Source of the DNA: Geobacteraceae bacterium GWC2_55_20
GTDB taxonomy: Bacteria > Desulfobacterota > Desulfuromonadia > Geobacterales > Pseudopelobacteraceae
Reading direction: 5' to 3'
Length of the DNA: 64,000 nucleotides
NCBI GenBank assembly: GCA_001802125.1
Contig: MGZK01000130.1
Span: 243-64,242, forward strand
A model generated the notes under the pieces. The model ran no database searches, was not told the origin of the DNA, and worked only from the letters and a program-made list of their open reading frames with translations. A program made the position numbers and the translations under genes. Every line of letters starts with the position of its first letter. The stretch's first letter is position 1. Shown here in pieces: positions 19,939 through 30,678 of this stretch.

Positions 19939-21926
19939 GCCAACAGTCCGGTTACCAGCAACAACTGATTCAGCAGATAACCGCTACCGAACGCCAGCAG
20001 GCTCACGAACAGGCCGATACCACCGGCCACCCTCCAGCCCCGTTCGTTCTTCATCACCAGGAACTGGGCCACGCAAGGGATAAACAGGGTCAGCGTGACG
20101 GCAGCCACCGTCAGTTGCCGCGCATCCATCAGCCCCTTGGTCTGCAGGTCGTACAGGCCAGCGGCGCCGTAGTCGCGCCTGAAAAAGCCGAAGATGAAGG
20201 CTACCGCGGCTTCCCTGGGCAGCCCGAGCGAGGCCATCACCGGCGTCATCGCATCTATGGCCTTTTCAAAGAAACCGGTCACCTTGCCCAACCAGAGCAA
20301 TACCGAGGCCAGTACGAATAATGGCAGAATTTCCAGAAAATACCACTGCATACGGGTATAGGTTTTTGTCAGCACGTTCGAAAACTGCGGCAGCCTCATC
20401 GGAGGCAGCTCCATGTAAAACATCGGCGCCTCACCGGGAAGAATCCGGGCGGCCAGCAGACCGACCGCAATGAAGATCAGCAGCAGACACACGCTCCACA
20501 CCGCCAGTGCGCCGGGAGCCTTGGAAAGCAGCGCGATGATCACTCCCAGCTGGGCCGAACAGGGAATCGCCAGTGCCAGCAGGACCGTCGCAATCACTCG
20601 CTCACGAACCGTCTCCAGGGTACGGGTCACCATCGTGGCCATCGTATCACAGCCAAAACCAAGCACCATCGGGATCACCGCCCTCCCCGTCAGGCCGAAA
20701 TACTTGAATACCCGGTCCACCAATAGCGCCAGACGCGGGAAATATCCGGTATCCTCCAGAAAGGAGAAGAAGATGAAGAAGGTTGCCACGATCGGCAGAA
20801 TAATGCCGACCGCATATCTGATGCCGAGCGTGATGATGCCGTATTCGCCGACGATCAGCTCCTGAACGATCTCCCATGGAACAATTTTCTTGACCAGACC
20901 GATCACCCAGGGATTGACCATATCCACAAAAAAACGTTTTTCCAGCAGGTCCACGACCGTTCCGGCACCGAACTGTCCCACAAACTTGTAGAGTCCGAAA
21001 TAGAGCACGATCAGAAGCATCGGAACGCCGGTCAGCGGCTTGACCGACCAGTTGGACAGCCGTTCGGCCCAGGTTACGACCCGTTTGTCGGGAGCCACGA
21101 AGACACCGTTCAACAGATCCTTGGCGATCTCGTTACGTTCCAGCGACAGATTGAGATGAAACGAACCACGGCGCTTGAAGGATATCTCACGCGCCAGCTC
21201 CTCCAGCACCGGGTAGCCCTCCCCTTCACGATGACGTACGATCTCAATGATCTCCTCGTCCTGCTGCAAAAGCAGCATCGCCAAAGATCGACGGGAAAGG
21301 ATATATTCTCCGGTCATCATCCCGGCAATCTCATTTATGTCTTGTTCCAACAGGCGGCTATAGGGGAAGCGCCTCCTGGCATCACCCTGGCGTTTATACC
21401 CGGCAATGGCCGCACGAATAGCATCCACACCGCGGTTACGGGCGGTGGCAGCCCCGATCACCGGGATGCCCAGACGCTTTTGCAGCAGTTCCAGATCGAT
21501 TTTCAGCCCCATCCGCTCGGCCTCATCCATGATGTTGACGACCAGTATCACCGGCAGTTCAGCCTCGATCAACTGAACCGTCATGGCCAGCATGCGCTCC
21601 AGATTGCGGGCATCCAGGACATGCACAACAACGTCGGGGGTCTCATGCAGCAGGATTTCGCGGGCAACCCGCTCTTCTTCGGTTATCGTGTGGATCGAAT
21701 ACATGCCGGGCGTATCGATCACCTGCCAGGATTCACCTTCAATCGTGGAGTTGCCGCGCGAAACCTCGACAGATGTTCCGGGATAGTTGGAGACCGTGAC
21801 ATAGGCCCCGGTCAAGGCATTGAAGAGCACGCTTTTCCCGACATTGGGATTACCCACCAGGGCTACCCGGCGAACACCGGCTCGGCCTGCCGGTTCAGAG
21901 GAGGAATTATTGCTGCTTGACGACAT
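19935..21926 (-). CDS. feoB: Ferrous iron transporter B
   Basis: GNPNVGKS, NYPG, DTPG, multi-TM with GFGC and PCSA. Confidence 0.96.
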   Translation of the reverse strand: MSSSSNNSSSEPAGRAGVRRVALVGNPNVGKSVLFNALTGAYVTVSNYPGTSVEVSRGNSTIEGESWQVIDTPGMYSIHTITEEERVAREILLHETPDVVVHVLDARNLERMLAMTVQLIEAELPVILVVNIMDEAERMGLKIDLELLQKRLGIPVIGAATARNRGVDAIRAAIAGYKRQGDARRRFPYSRLLEQDINEIAGMMTGEYILSRRSLAMLLLQQDEEIIEIVRHREGEGYPVLEELAREISFKRRGSFHLNLSLERNEIAKDLLNGVFVAPDKRVVTWAERLSNWSVKPLTGVPMLLIVLYFGLYKFVGQFGAGTVVDLLEKRFFVDMVNPWVIGLVKKIVPWEIVQELIVGEYGIITLGIRYAVGIILPIVATFFIFFSFLEDTGYFPRLALLVDRVFKYFGLTGRAVIPMVLGFGCDTMATMVTRTLETVRERVIATVLLALAIPCSAQLGVIIALLSKAPGALAVWSVCLLLIFIAVGLLAARILPGEAPMFYMELPPMRLPQFSNVLTKTYTRMQWYFLEILPLFVLASVLLWLGKVTGFFEKAIDAMTPVMASLGLPREAAVAFIFGFFRRDYGAAGLYDLQTKGLMDARQLTVAAVTLTLFIPCVAQFLVMKNERGWRVAGGIGLFVSLLAFGSGYLLNQLLLVTGLLA

Positions 21927-21946
21927 CGTTACATCCCTTTTATGCT

Positions 21947-21965
21947 TTTGATTTTCATTTTCAAT
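21947..21965 (-). promoter_or_regulatory. Putative Fur box upstream of feoB
   Basis: 19-mer ATTGAAAATGAAAATCAAA, 20 nt before the feoB ATG. Confidence 0.65.
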
Positions 21966-21995
21966 GGTCTCTCAAAAAAAAGTCCTAATTGCGCG

Positions 21996-22436
21996 TCAGG
22001 ACTTGGTTGTTCTGCAATCAGAACAGAGGCCGTAGATTTCCAGCTTATGGCTTCTGATCATGAAGCCATGTAAAGCGGCGATTTCATCCTGCAGCTTCTC
22101 TATCGTTTCGTTTTCGAACTCGATGATGCTGTTGCATCCGGTACAGACCAGGTGGTCATGGTGTTCGCCGGCCATCACATGTTCATAGCGGGTCTGGCCG
22201 TCATGCAAAAGAATTTCCCGAGCCAGACCGGACTCCACAAACAGCTTGAGCGTACGGTAAACCGTGGCGTGGCCGATGCCGGGATTGCTGGTTTTGATCT
22301 TCAGATAGAGTTCTTCAACACTGACATGCTGGTGGGTCGAAAGAAAAATATCGAGAATCACGTCCCTCTGGCGGGTGGAGCGCAACCCCTTGCTGGCGGC
22401 GAAACGGTTGAAGGCTTTTTTCTTTTCCAGTATCAT
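21996..22436 (-). CDS. fur: Ferric uptake regulator
   Basis: ATVYRTLK, HHDHLVCTGC, C-terminal CSDC. Confidence 0.95.
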   Translation of the reverse strand: MILEKKKAFNRFAASKGLRSTRQRDVILDIFLSTHQHVSVEELYLKIKTSNPGIGHATVYRTLKLFVESGLAREILLHDGQTRYEHVMAGEHHDHLVCTGCNSIIEFENETIEKLQDEIAALHGFMIRSHKLEIYGLCSDCRTTKS

Positions 22437-22447
22437 GCGCCCCCCTT

Positions 22448-22466
22448 ATTGAACTTGACATTCAAT
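22448..22466 (-). promoter_or_regulatory. Putative Fur autoregulatory box
   Basis: 19-bp imperfect palindrome ATTGAA-N7-TTCAAT directly upstream of the fur RBS. Confidence 0.55.
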
Positions 22467-22548
22467 TTAATGGCAGAGTCTGGTCCTGTCAATCATTTTA
22501 TTGCAATTCACGGTGATGATGCGGCCATGCTTACAATTGTGAACAGCA

Positions 22549-22563
22549 TGCTATAATGTAGCA
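22549..22563 (+). promoter_or_regulatory. Extended -10 promoter overlapped by a palindromic operator for the RHH/PIN pair
   Basis: TGCTATAATGTAGCA contains TGnTATAAT and the TGCTA/TAGCA inverted repeat. Confidence 0.55.
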
Positions 22564-22585
22564 AAATCCACTACAGGAGTATGAT

Positions 22586-22804
22586 ATGCGATCAGTCATG
22601 TCAGTCAGTTTTCCCGAGCAAATTTCACATGAGCTTGAATCATTCGCCATGGAAACGGGTCGGAGCAAAAGCGATACCATCAAAGAGTCGCTAGCACTCT
22701 ATCTCTGGGATGTTCGTTTTAATTCTCTTAAGAAAAGCATGACTCGCCGGGCGAAAAAGCTGGGTATCGTCACCGAGGATGATGTGTTCAAGGCGCTCTC
22801 GTGA
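22586..22804 (+). CDS. CopG/ribbon-helix-helix antitoxin
   Basis: MSVSFPE...GRSKSDTIKESL RHH pattern; AGGAG RBS; stop overlaps a PIN start. Confidence 0.8.
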   Translation: MRSVMSVSFPEQISHELESFAMETGRSKSDTIKESLALYLWDVRFNSLKKSMTRRAKKLGIVTEDDVFKALS

Positions 22805-22959
22805 GAGTTGTCTTCGATACCAATGTCTATTTTGCCGCCTTTGTGGCGGAAGGTATCTGCGCCAGACTGATACGCCGGGCTCGCAAACGTGAATTCGAGC
22901 TTTTTCTCTGTCATGTGATTACCCGCGAATTTTCCACCAAGCTGAAATACCGCCTGTAA
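22801..22959 (+). pseudogene. Truncated PIN-domain toxin (52 aa)
   Basis: GTG start, (M)RVVFDTNVYFAAFVAEGICARLIRRAR...; ends at under half the usual PIN length. Confidence 0.75.
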
Positions 22960-23379
22960 CTCCAACTGTTCTGCCTTGTTCGATCCTTTCACCGCCGTAA
23001 CCCTGCAGGATAACACAGACCAATACTCACTATTCAAAGGATGGTCAGGCTACTATGTTGCCGCCAACGGTGACTGCCAACTGACCATGGATGCAGACAA
23101 AGCCATCATCGCCACCTTCGACAAGGATAATGACCATAGCGTACTCTGAAATACTATCCGGCAATCAACGTCGCTTACCTTGCCACCACAGTGCCCGCAG
23201 TGATCAAGACATGGGGAACCGATTTTACCGAAAATCTTCTCCTGAACAAAAGTATTGCCGTCACAATCAAAGGGGGATTCAATGCCGATTATACTTCCAA
23301 TGGCGGTAACACTATCCTGCGCGGATCAATTACAGTGGGGAAAGGCTCTTTGACAGTGGAGCATCTGGTGGTGCAATAG
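22949..23379 (+). pseudogene. 3' relic of an extracellular protein: InlB-B-like repeat plus C-terminal domain, no start, one frameshift
   Basis: CNSNCSALF...FKGWSG...GDCQLTMDADKAIIATF, frameshift near 23147, then YYPAINVAY...KGGFNADY...GSLTVEHLVVQ; similar to 63662-64000. Confidence 0.75.
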
Positions 23380-23384
23380 ATTGA

Positions 23385-23780
23385 TTACAACAACGGATAG
23401 AGAACTATTTTGGCAGGTTTGGCGAGTAAATGGAAATGGCTGTCAAGAGTTGCCACCGGTGCATGAACCGATGCGGCTGCAACGGCGATGAAGCAGTCCG
23501 ACAGGCCGATGGTCACACCCTTGCGGCGCAATTGAAATGCAAGCTTCCCGGCTGTAGCCCATAAGCGGGATGTTTCTGCAATAAAAGGAAAAACTCCTGT
23601 GAAATCGTCAAGCACGGCCAGTTCTTTTTCCGATTTGGCCCCCTGCATCAGCTCCGCCAGAATAATACCACAATAATACACCTGCTCGTCATCGATCAGG
23701 CGCGTCACGATGCTGTAGTACGGCTCGTTTTTGCGGAAGAACTCGATCCAGACCGAGGTATCCACCAAGACCCTAGCCAA
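23385..23780 (-). CDS. vapC: VapC PIN-domain toxin
   Basis: VLVDTSVWI, LAEL, SDCFIA, TLDSHF; TTG start overlaps the antitoxin stop. Confidence 0.88.
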   Translation of the reverse strand: MARVLVDTSVWIEFFRKNEPYYSIVTRLIDDEQVYYCGIILAELMQGAKSEKELAVLDDFTGVFPFIAETSRLWATAGKLAFQLRRKGVTIGLSDCFIAVAAASVHAPVATLDSHFHLLAKPAKIVLYPLL

Positions 23781-23982
23781 GTCGCGGATCTCCATGGCGT
23801 AATTCTTCGGCAGCGGCGGTGAACTCCATCTTCCCGGCCATTCCCTTGATGCGGGCTGCACGACGCAGACGGATCTCATCCTTTACAGCGGTAATGACCG
23901 CCTCGGTCTTGCTTTTGGCGTCAACCAGCGACAAAAGCTCATTCAGCAGATCCTGTGGTAGCGTAACTGTTGCTCGCGCCAT
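23773..23982 (-). CDS. vapB: VapB-type antitoxin
   Basis: 69 aa RHH-like (RATVTLP...SKTEAV) upstream of vapC; GGAGG RBS. Confidence 0.8.
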   Translation of the reverse strand: MARATVTLPQDLLNELLSLVDAKSKTEAVITAVKDEIRLRRAARIKGMAGKMEFTAAAEELRHGDPRLG

Positions 23983-24003
23983 ATTGGGCCTCCAAGGAAA
24001 TCA

Positions 24004-24039
24004 CACAGATAATGATACTTTTTCTGTGCTACAAGTCAA
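24004..24039 (-). promoter_or_regulatory. vapBC sigma70 promoter with operator
   Basis: TTGACT-N16-TATCAT; CACAGA/TCTGTG inverted repeat brackets the -10. Confidence 0.55.
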
Positions 24040-24115
24040 CACATGTTTTTGCCATAGAATCACAATACCTGCAGCCGGCAATCAGCGCTACAGCGCGGCC
24101 AGAGACCGATAAATC

Positions 24116-24997
24116 CTACTCGTACATCAGCCTCATGCCACCCAGGGCGCTCTTCAATGTCCCCTCGAACTTTTCCTCAACCCCGCCGCTGAGAATATCC
24201 AGATAGTTCATTTTTTTCTTCGGCGGCAGAAGCACTTCCGGCTCACCCTTGATGCCGGCCTGCTTTCCGGCCTCCTCGATCGCGTCCTGCAAGGTGCCCA
24301 AGCGGTCAACCAGTTTTACTCCCTTGGCCTGTTCCCCGGAGAGAATCCGGCCATCGGCGATTTTCCTGACATCGTCGATCGGCAGCTTGCGCCCTTCCGC
24401 CACCGCCCTGATAAACTGTTCATGGGTATTATCAATCACGGACTGCAGCATGGCCCGGTCTTCTGGCGAAAATTTTCTCAACGGCGATCCGGAGTCCTTG
24501 TATTTTCCTGTTTTGAGCGTATGGGACTTGATGCCGATCTTATCCATCAGCGCCTCGATGTTTGACAACTTGAGAATGACACCGATGCTGGCGGTAATCG
24601 TGCCGGGGTTGGCGTAGATCATGGTCGCCGGCGCAGAGATGTAGTAGCCGCCCGAAGCCGCCAGACTGCCCATCGAGACGATGATTTTCTTTTTGGCGGC
24701 AAACTTTTTAACTTCTTCGTAGATTTCCTGCGAGGGGGCCACAATGCCGCCAGGGGAATCAACCCTGAGCACGACCGCCTTGATGCCATCCTGCTTGAGG
24801 AAATGCCTCAACTGGCGAATGGTTTCCTTGGAATCCAGGATCATCCCCTTTACTTCTACCAGTCCGATGCCGTTTTTGGATACTAATGTGGTATCGGCGC
24901 CGTCCAGCAACGACTTGGCGATTTTGACCGAAACCGTGAACAGCACGGCCACGGAAAATGCAATTGCCAGAATAATGATAAAGATTTTTTTTGACAT
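24116..24997 (-). CDS. sppA: Signal peptide peptidase SppA (36K type)
   Basis: DSPGG, AASGGYY, ASIGV, GKYKD. Confidence 0.93.
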   Translation of the reverse strand: MSKKIFIIILAIAFSVAVLFTVSVKIAKSLLDGADTTLVSKNGIGLVEVKGMILDSKETIRQLRHFLKQDGIKAVVLRVDSPGGIVAPSQEIYEEVKKFAAKKKIIVSMGSLAASGGYYISAPATMIYANPGTITASIGVILKLSNIEALMDKIGIKSHTLKTGKYKDSGSPLRKFSPEDRAMLQSVIDNTHEQFIRAVAEGRKLPIDDVRKIADGRILSGEQAKGVKLVDRLGTLQDAIEEAGKQAGIKGEPEVLLPPKKKMNYLDILSGGVEEKFEGTLKSALGGMRLMYE

Positions 24998-25060
24998 ATT
25001 CGGCTACCTTTTGTTTATTTTGGCTTTAATGAAAGAAGTGGTTCTGCTAGAGTGTTTGAC

Positions 25061-25531
25061 ATGAAAGTCTTGGTCATAGCAGATACTCACGGCAATACGC
25101 CGCTGGCATTCAAGGCCCATACGTTGTCAGAACCGGTCGATATGGTGCTGCATCTCGGTGACGGAAGCGATGATGCCAACCTGATGCTGGAAGTGCTGGA
25201 TATTCCGGTGATCAATGTTGCCGGAAACTGCGATATCGGCTCAAACGCACCGCGTGAGCTCTTATGGGAATGTGAAGGAAAAAGGATTTTGTTGTCGCAC
25301 GGAGATGGTTACGGGGTAAAAAGCGGGCTGAGCAAACTTGAACGGCGGGCCAGGGAGATCGGAGCCGATGCCGTTTTGTTCGGGCACAGCCATAGGGCGA
25401 TCAACGAATTCCGTTCCGGGCTTCTGATGCTGAATCCCGGCACTCTGACACACACAGCCCATCATCGCACATTTGCCGTAATGGAGATTTCCACGGACAG
25501 CATCACCGCCAAAATGTACGATATCGATTAA
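25061..25531 (+). CDS. YfcE-family metallophosphoesterase
   Basis: DTHG, HLGD, GNCD, HGD, GHSH, NPG. Confidence 0.9.
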   Translation: MKVLVIADTHGNTPLAFKAHTLSEPVDMVLHLGDGSDDANLMLEVLDIPVINVAGNCDIGSNAPRELLWECEGKRILLSHGDGYGVKSGLSKLERRAREIGADAVLFGHSHRAINEFRSGLLMLNPGTLTHTAHHRTFAVMEISTDSITAKMYDID

Positions 25532-26340
25532 ACCCCGCCTCCCCTGTTTGATGCTTCATGTCCTTTATGAACCGCCTTCTCAAGCCTGCGACGCCTCGGC
25601 CAGGTAACCAGGAAGTCCACCGGCCCGGAAAACACATACAGCAGCATGATCGAAAAAATCATTACCACCGGCTCGGCAGCCACCACTATCAGCAACACAA
25701 CCGCCAGCAGCAGAAAGCCGAAGGGTTGACGTTTTATCAGCGCCGGATCCTTGAACGAATAATAGCGGAAATTGGAGACCATCAGGAAAGCCAGCAGGTA
25801 AATCAGCACGACAATTGCCAGGCGCTTGAAAGAACTGGGCCAGCCGAAATGGTGGAACAACAGTACCGTGGAAGCAACCATGCAGGCTGCTGCAGGTGTG
25901 GGAAGTCCAACGAAACGTTTGCTTTCAACCGTATCGACCTGCACGTTGAAACGGGCCAGGCGCAACGCGCAGCAGGCCAGAAACAGGAATGCCGCCAGCC
26001 AGCCCAGCCGGCCGAACGGCTTAAGTGCCCAGGCATACATCATCAGGGCCGGCGTCACGCCGAATGCGACAACATCGGCCAGAGAATCATATTCGACACC
26101 GAATTTGCTTGTGGTCCCGGTCATGCGGGCAACCTTGCCGTCAAGGCCGTCAAAAATGGCCGAGACGAAGATGAACAGGGCCGCGACCCTGAAGTCCTCA
26201 CTCCCGCCGTTAAGCGTCATGACCATGCTGTAGAATCCGGCAAACAGGCTGGCGGTAGTGAACAGGTTGGGCAGGATGTAAATTCCGCGCTTGATGCTGT
26301 CTTTTTTTGTAATGCTCTCTTCCTGAATTTCAAGGTTCAT
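25528..26340 (-). CDS. pssA: CDP-diacylglycerol--serine O-phosphatidyltransferase
   Basis: DGLDGKVAR...G..YDSLAD motif; next to psd. Confidence 0.93.
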   Translation of the reverse strand: MNLEIQEESITKKDSIKRGIYILPNLFTTASLFAGFYSMVMTLNGGSEDFRVAALFIFVSAIFDGLDGKVARMTGTTSKFGVEYDSLADVVAFGVTPALMMYAWALKPFGRLGWLAAFLFLACCALRLARFNVQVDTVESKRFVGLPTPAAACMVASTVLLFHHFGWPSSFKRLAIVVLIYLLAFLMVSNFRYYSFKDPALIKRQPFGFLLLAVVLLIVVAAEPVVMIFSIMLLYVFSGPVDFLVTWPRRRRLEKAVHKGHEASNRGGGV

Positions 26341-26356
26341 GCGACTGAATCCTCAC

Positions 26357-27016
26357 TTAACCGATTCTACCCAGAACAGTCTCTCCAGCCACGGCTTTAT
26401 CTCCGTTTTTAACCAATGGAACAACATCACTCGGCAGATACACATCCACGCGCGAACCGAAACGTATCAGACCATAGCGTTCGCCTCTTTTCAGAATGTC
26501 ACCAATCTGCGGATAGCAGATAATACGGCGCGCAATCAGGCCGGCGATCTGTACGAACGCGATTTTGACCCCATCGGCTGTTTCCAGAACAATACCGCTG
26601 CGTTCGTTCTCACAGGATGCCCGCCCGTCACGGGCGTCGAAAAACTTGCCGCGATTGTAGGAGACATCCAGAACTTTGCCGTCCAAAGGCACCCTGTTGA
26701 CATGCACGTTGAACACCGACATGAAGATGCTGATTTTAAGGGACTCGACTCCCAGAGGGGTTTCGGACACGCACTCGCAGACAATTACGGTTCCGTCCGC
26801 GGGAGCTACAATGTCTTTAGGATCGGCGGAAGGGGTTCTTTCCGGGTTGCGAAAAAAGTACAAAACGAAAAGCATCAGCAGGAAAGATATGGCGGCGGGA
26901 ACAGCCAGTACCAGTGACGCCAGTTTCCATGACGAAAACACGAGTATGAAAGACAATCCGACCGAGAAAAGAATGAAAGGGTAGCCTTCCCTGGCAAAAG
27001 GTGATGAATTGTCCAT
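26357..27016 (-). CDS. psd: Phosphatidylserine decarboxylase
   Basis: FFRNPER, APADG, NVHVNR, FGSRVD. Confidence 0.93.
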   Translation of the reverse strand: MDNSSPFAREGYPFILFSVGLSFILVFSSWKLASLVLAVPAAISFLLMLFVLYFFRNPERTPSADPKDIVAPADGTVIVCECVSETPLGVESLKISIFMSVFNVHVNRVPLDGKVLDVSYNRGKFFDARDGRASCENERSGIVLETADGVKIAFVQIAGLIARRIICYPQIGDILKRGERYGLIRFGSRVDVYLPSDVVPLVKNGDKAVAGETVLGRIG

Positions 27017-27077
27017 AAAGTTGCCTAGCCCCTATTACGAAATAATGACTGTTAAATAGCGGGATGCCATAAGCGCG

Positions 27078-27110
27078 GACACCCCTCTCCCGCAAGGGTA
27101 AAGGGGTGTC
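27078..27110 (-). terminator. Hairpin after ilvC
   Basis: GACACCCCT...AGGGGTGTC inverted repeat; no clear U-tract. Confidence 0.5.
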
Positions 27111-27131
27111 GTTAATCGCACTGGCTATGTG

Positions 27132-28166
<1,035 letters not shown>

Positions 28167-28356
28167 TTATCCGGCAAACCGGTCTGACGTTTAGTAAGTC
28201 AGAAATTATTTTTTGAAAATAATTTCGTTGACGCACTTATCCAGATAATCTGGATAAGAAAACGAACGAGACAGATACTACATTCGACCGCCGCTGTCAA
28301 CGTAAATAGCTGTTTAGACCGCGGTCATGGCCGCACACCGTACAAATGGACGCCAC

Positions 28357-28385
28357 AAGAAAAGCCGCCGGTTTAGTGGCGGCTT
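28357..28385 (-). terminator. Rho-independent terminator after ilvN
   Basis: AAGCCGCC/GGCGGCTT stem followed by U-rich tract on the minus strand. Confidence 0.65.
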
Positions 28386-28416
28386 GTCATTTTTTCACGT
28401 TCCGGCAAAGAGCCGC

Positions 28417-28908
28417 CTAACCCTTCCACCCTTTTGCTCCACGGCCGATCGTGACCGAACCGGTACGGACCAGCTCCTTCAGCCCCAACGGACGCAAAAG
28501 ATCGAGGATCGCGTCAATCTTGAGCGGGTTGCCGGTGGCCTCGATCGTATATGACTTGGGGGTAACGTCAATAATCTTGGCGCGGAATATATCAACGATA
28601 CGCAGCACCTCGGCGCGGCTCTCGTCTTCGGCAGTAACCTTGATCAACGCCATTTCACGCTCGATGCCGCTGCCGTCGGTGAAGTCGATCACCTTGAGGA
28701 CATCAATCAGCTTGTTGAGCTGTTTGTTGATCTGCTCCAGGATCTTGTCGTCACCACGGGTTACGATGGTCATCCGCGACAGACCTTCCTCGTTGGTGGG
28801 TGCCACCGAAAGCGAATCGATATTGAAACCGCGCCCGGAAAACAGGCTCGCCACCCGGGAAAGCACCCCAAATTCATTTTCAACCATAACTGATATTGTA
28901 TGTTGCAT
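28417..28908 (-). CDS. ilvN: Acetolactate synthase small subunit
   Basis: ENEFGVLSRV...RGFNIDSL ACT domain. Confidence 0.93.
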   Translation of the reverse strand: MQHTISVMVENEFGVLSRVASLFSGRGFNIDSLSVAPTNEEGLSRMTIVTRGDDKILEQINKQLNKLIDVLKVIDFTDGSGIEREMALIKVTAEDESRAEVLRIVDIFRAKIIDVTPKSYTIEATGNPLKIDAILDLLRPLGLKELVRTGSVTIGRGAKGWKG

Positions 28909-28921
28909 GGCAGTATTCTCC

Positions 28922-30622
28922 TTACGCGTTCAGTACCATTTCATTTAATGACGCTCCGGCCGGAACCATCGGAAGAACCTTCTCTTCGCGGGCAATCTTG
29001 AACTCCATGATCACCGGCCCTTTTTCCGCGAATCCCTGCTTGATGACCTTTTCAACCTCGTCCGGCTTGGTGGCGAGAAAGCCTTTCGCGCCGTAGGCGT
29101 CGGCCAGTTTGATGTAGTCGATCGGCAATTCCATGCAGGTTTGGGAATAGCGCTTGTCGAAGAACAGCTCCTGCCACTGGCGAACCATGCCAAGGAAGTT
29201 ATTGTTCAGGATTACGATTTTTACCGGCAGTCTGTTCTGCACCAGCGTCGCCATCTCCTGGATGTTCATCTGCACCCCGCCATCGCCACAGATCGTAATC
29301 ACCTGGCGTCCCGGAAATGCTGCCTGGGCCCCCATCGCGGCCGGCAGGCCGTACCCCATCGTTCCGAGTCCGCCGGAAGTCAGCAGCGTGCGGGGGGAGT
29401 TGAACTTGAAAAACTGCGCCGTCCACATCTGGTGCTGTCCGACATCGGTGGAGATGATCGCATTTTCATCGCAAAGTTCACGCAGCTTTTGAATAACAAA
29501 CTGCGGCTTTATGGTTGTAGTGCTGCTTTTATAGCTGATCGGATGTTTGTCCTTCCAGGCAGAGATTTCCTGATGCCATGGCTCCATGGCGGCTACAAAT
29601 TCGGCCGTCTTGTCCATCATCTTTTCGGTAAACTTGATCATCTGCGCCAGAACATCCTTGACGTCGCCGACAATCGGAAGGTCAACCCGCACATTCTTCT
29701 TGATCGAGGTCGGATCGACATCAACATGGATGATTTTCGCATGGGGGGCAAAGGTGGCCAGCTTGCCGGTAACCCGGTCATCGAAACGTGACCCGACCGC
29801 GATGATCAGATCACTGTGGGTCATGGCCATATTGGCGCAGTAGGCGCCATGCATGCCGAGCATGCCCAGCGAGAGCGGGTCATCGCCGGGAAATGAGCCC
29901 AGTCCCATCAACGTGGTGGTAACCGGAACACCGAGTTTGCGCGCCAGGACCGTCAGTTGTTCGGAGGCGTCGCCGAGCACAACGCCACCACCGACATACA
30001 GCACCGGCCTGCGTGCTTCAAGAATCATCTTGCAGGCTTTTTCAACCTGTCGCGGGTGCCCTTCCACGGTCGGCTTGTAACTGCGGATTTCGACCGAATC
30101 GGGATATGAGAACTCACCCATGGCAACCTGGATGTCCTTGGGAAAGTCAACCAGAACCGGCCCGGGACGTCCGGTGCGGGCGATGTAGAAGGCTTTCTTC
30201 ATGATCGTTGCGATATCCTTGACATCCCTGATCAGAAAGCTGTGCTTGGTGCAGGGACGGGTAATACCGATGATGTCAACCTCCTGGAAGGCATCGTTGC
30301 CGATCAGCGCGGTCGGCACCTGCCCGGTGACAATCACCATCGGTATCGAATCCATGTAGGCCGTAGCAATTGCGGTCACGGTATTGGTCGCGCCCGGACC
30401 GGATGTGGCGATCGCCACGCCGACCTTGCCGGTTGCGCGGGCGTAACCGTCGGCGGCATGCGTGCCGGCCTGCTCGTGGCGCGGCAGAATGTGACGGATT
30501 TCCTTGAAGCTGAAGAGTTCGTCGTAGATATTAATCACGGTACCGCCGGGATAGCCGAAGACGGTGTCAACGCCCTCCTTTTTCAGACATTCCAGCATTA
30601 TTCGTGCGCCGTTCATTTTCAT
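28922..30622 (-). CDS. ilvB: Acetolactate synthase large subunit
   Basis: FGYPGG, RHEQ, TSGPGATN, GDGG...NN, MVRQWQ. Confidence 0.96.
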   Translation of the reverse strand: MKMNGARIMLECLKKEGVDTVFGYPGGTVINIYDELFSFKEIRHILPRHEQAGTHAADGYARATGKVGVAIATSGPGATNTVTAIATAYMDSIPMVIVTGQVPTALIGNDAFQEVDIIGITRPCTKHSFLIRDVKDIATIMKKAFYIARTGRPGPVLVDFPKDIQVAMGEFSYPDSVEIRSYKPTVEGHPRQVEKACKMILEARRPVLYVGGGVVLGDASEQLTVLARKLGVPVTTTLMGLGSFPGDDPLSLGMLGMHGAYCANMAMTHSDLIIAVGSRFDDRVTGKLATFAPHAKIIHVDVDPTSIKKNVRVDLPIVGDVKDVLAQMIKFTEKMMDKTAEFVAAMEPWHQEISAWKDKHPISYKSSTTTIKPQFVIQKLRELCDENAIISTDVGQHQMWTAQFFKFNSPRTLLTSGGLGTMGYGLPAAMGAQAAFPGRQVITICGDGGVQMNIQEMATLVQNRLPVKIVILNNNFLGMVRQWQELFFDKRYSQTCMELPIDYIKLADAYGAKGFLATKPDEVEKVIKQGFAEKGPVIMEFKIAREEKVLPMVPAGASLNEMVLNA

Positions 30623-30678
30623 GTAATTACCTCATTTAATTTATTTCGTGTGTAGTGAGCTGAACCGGGCAAACCGGT

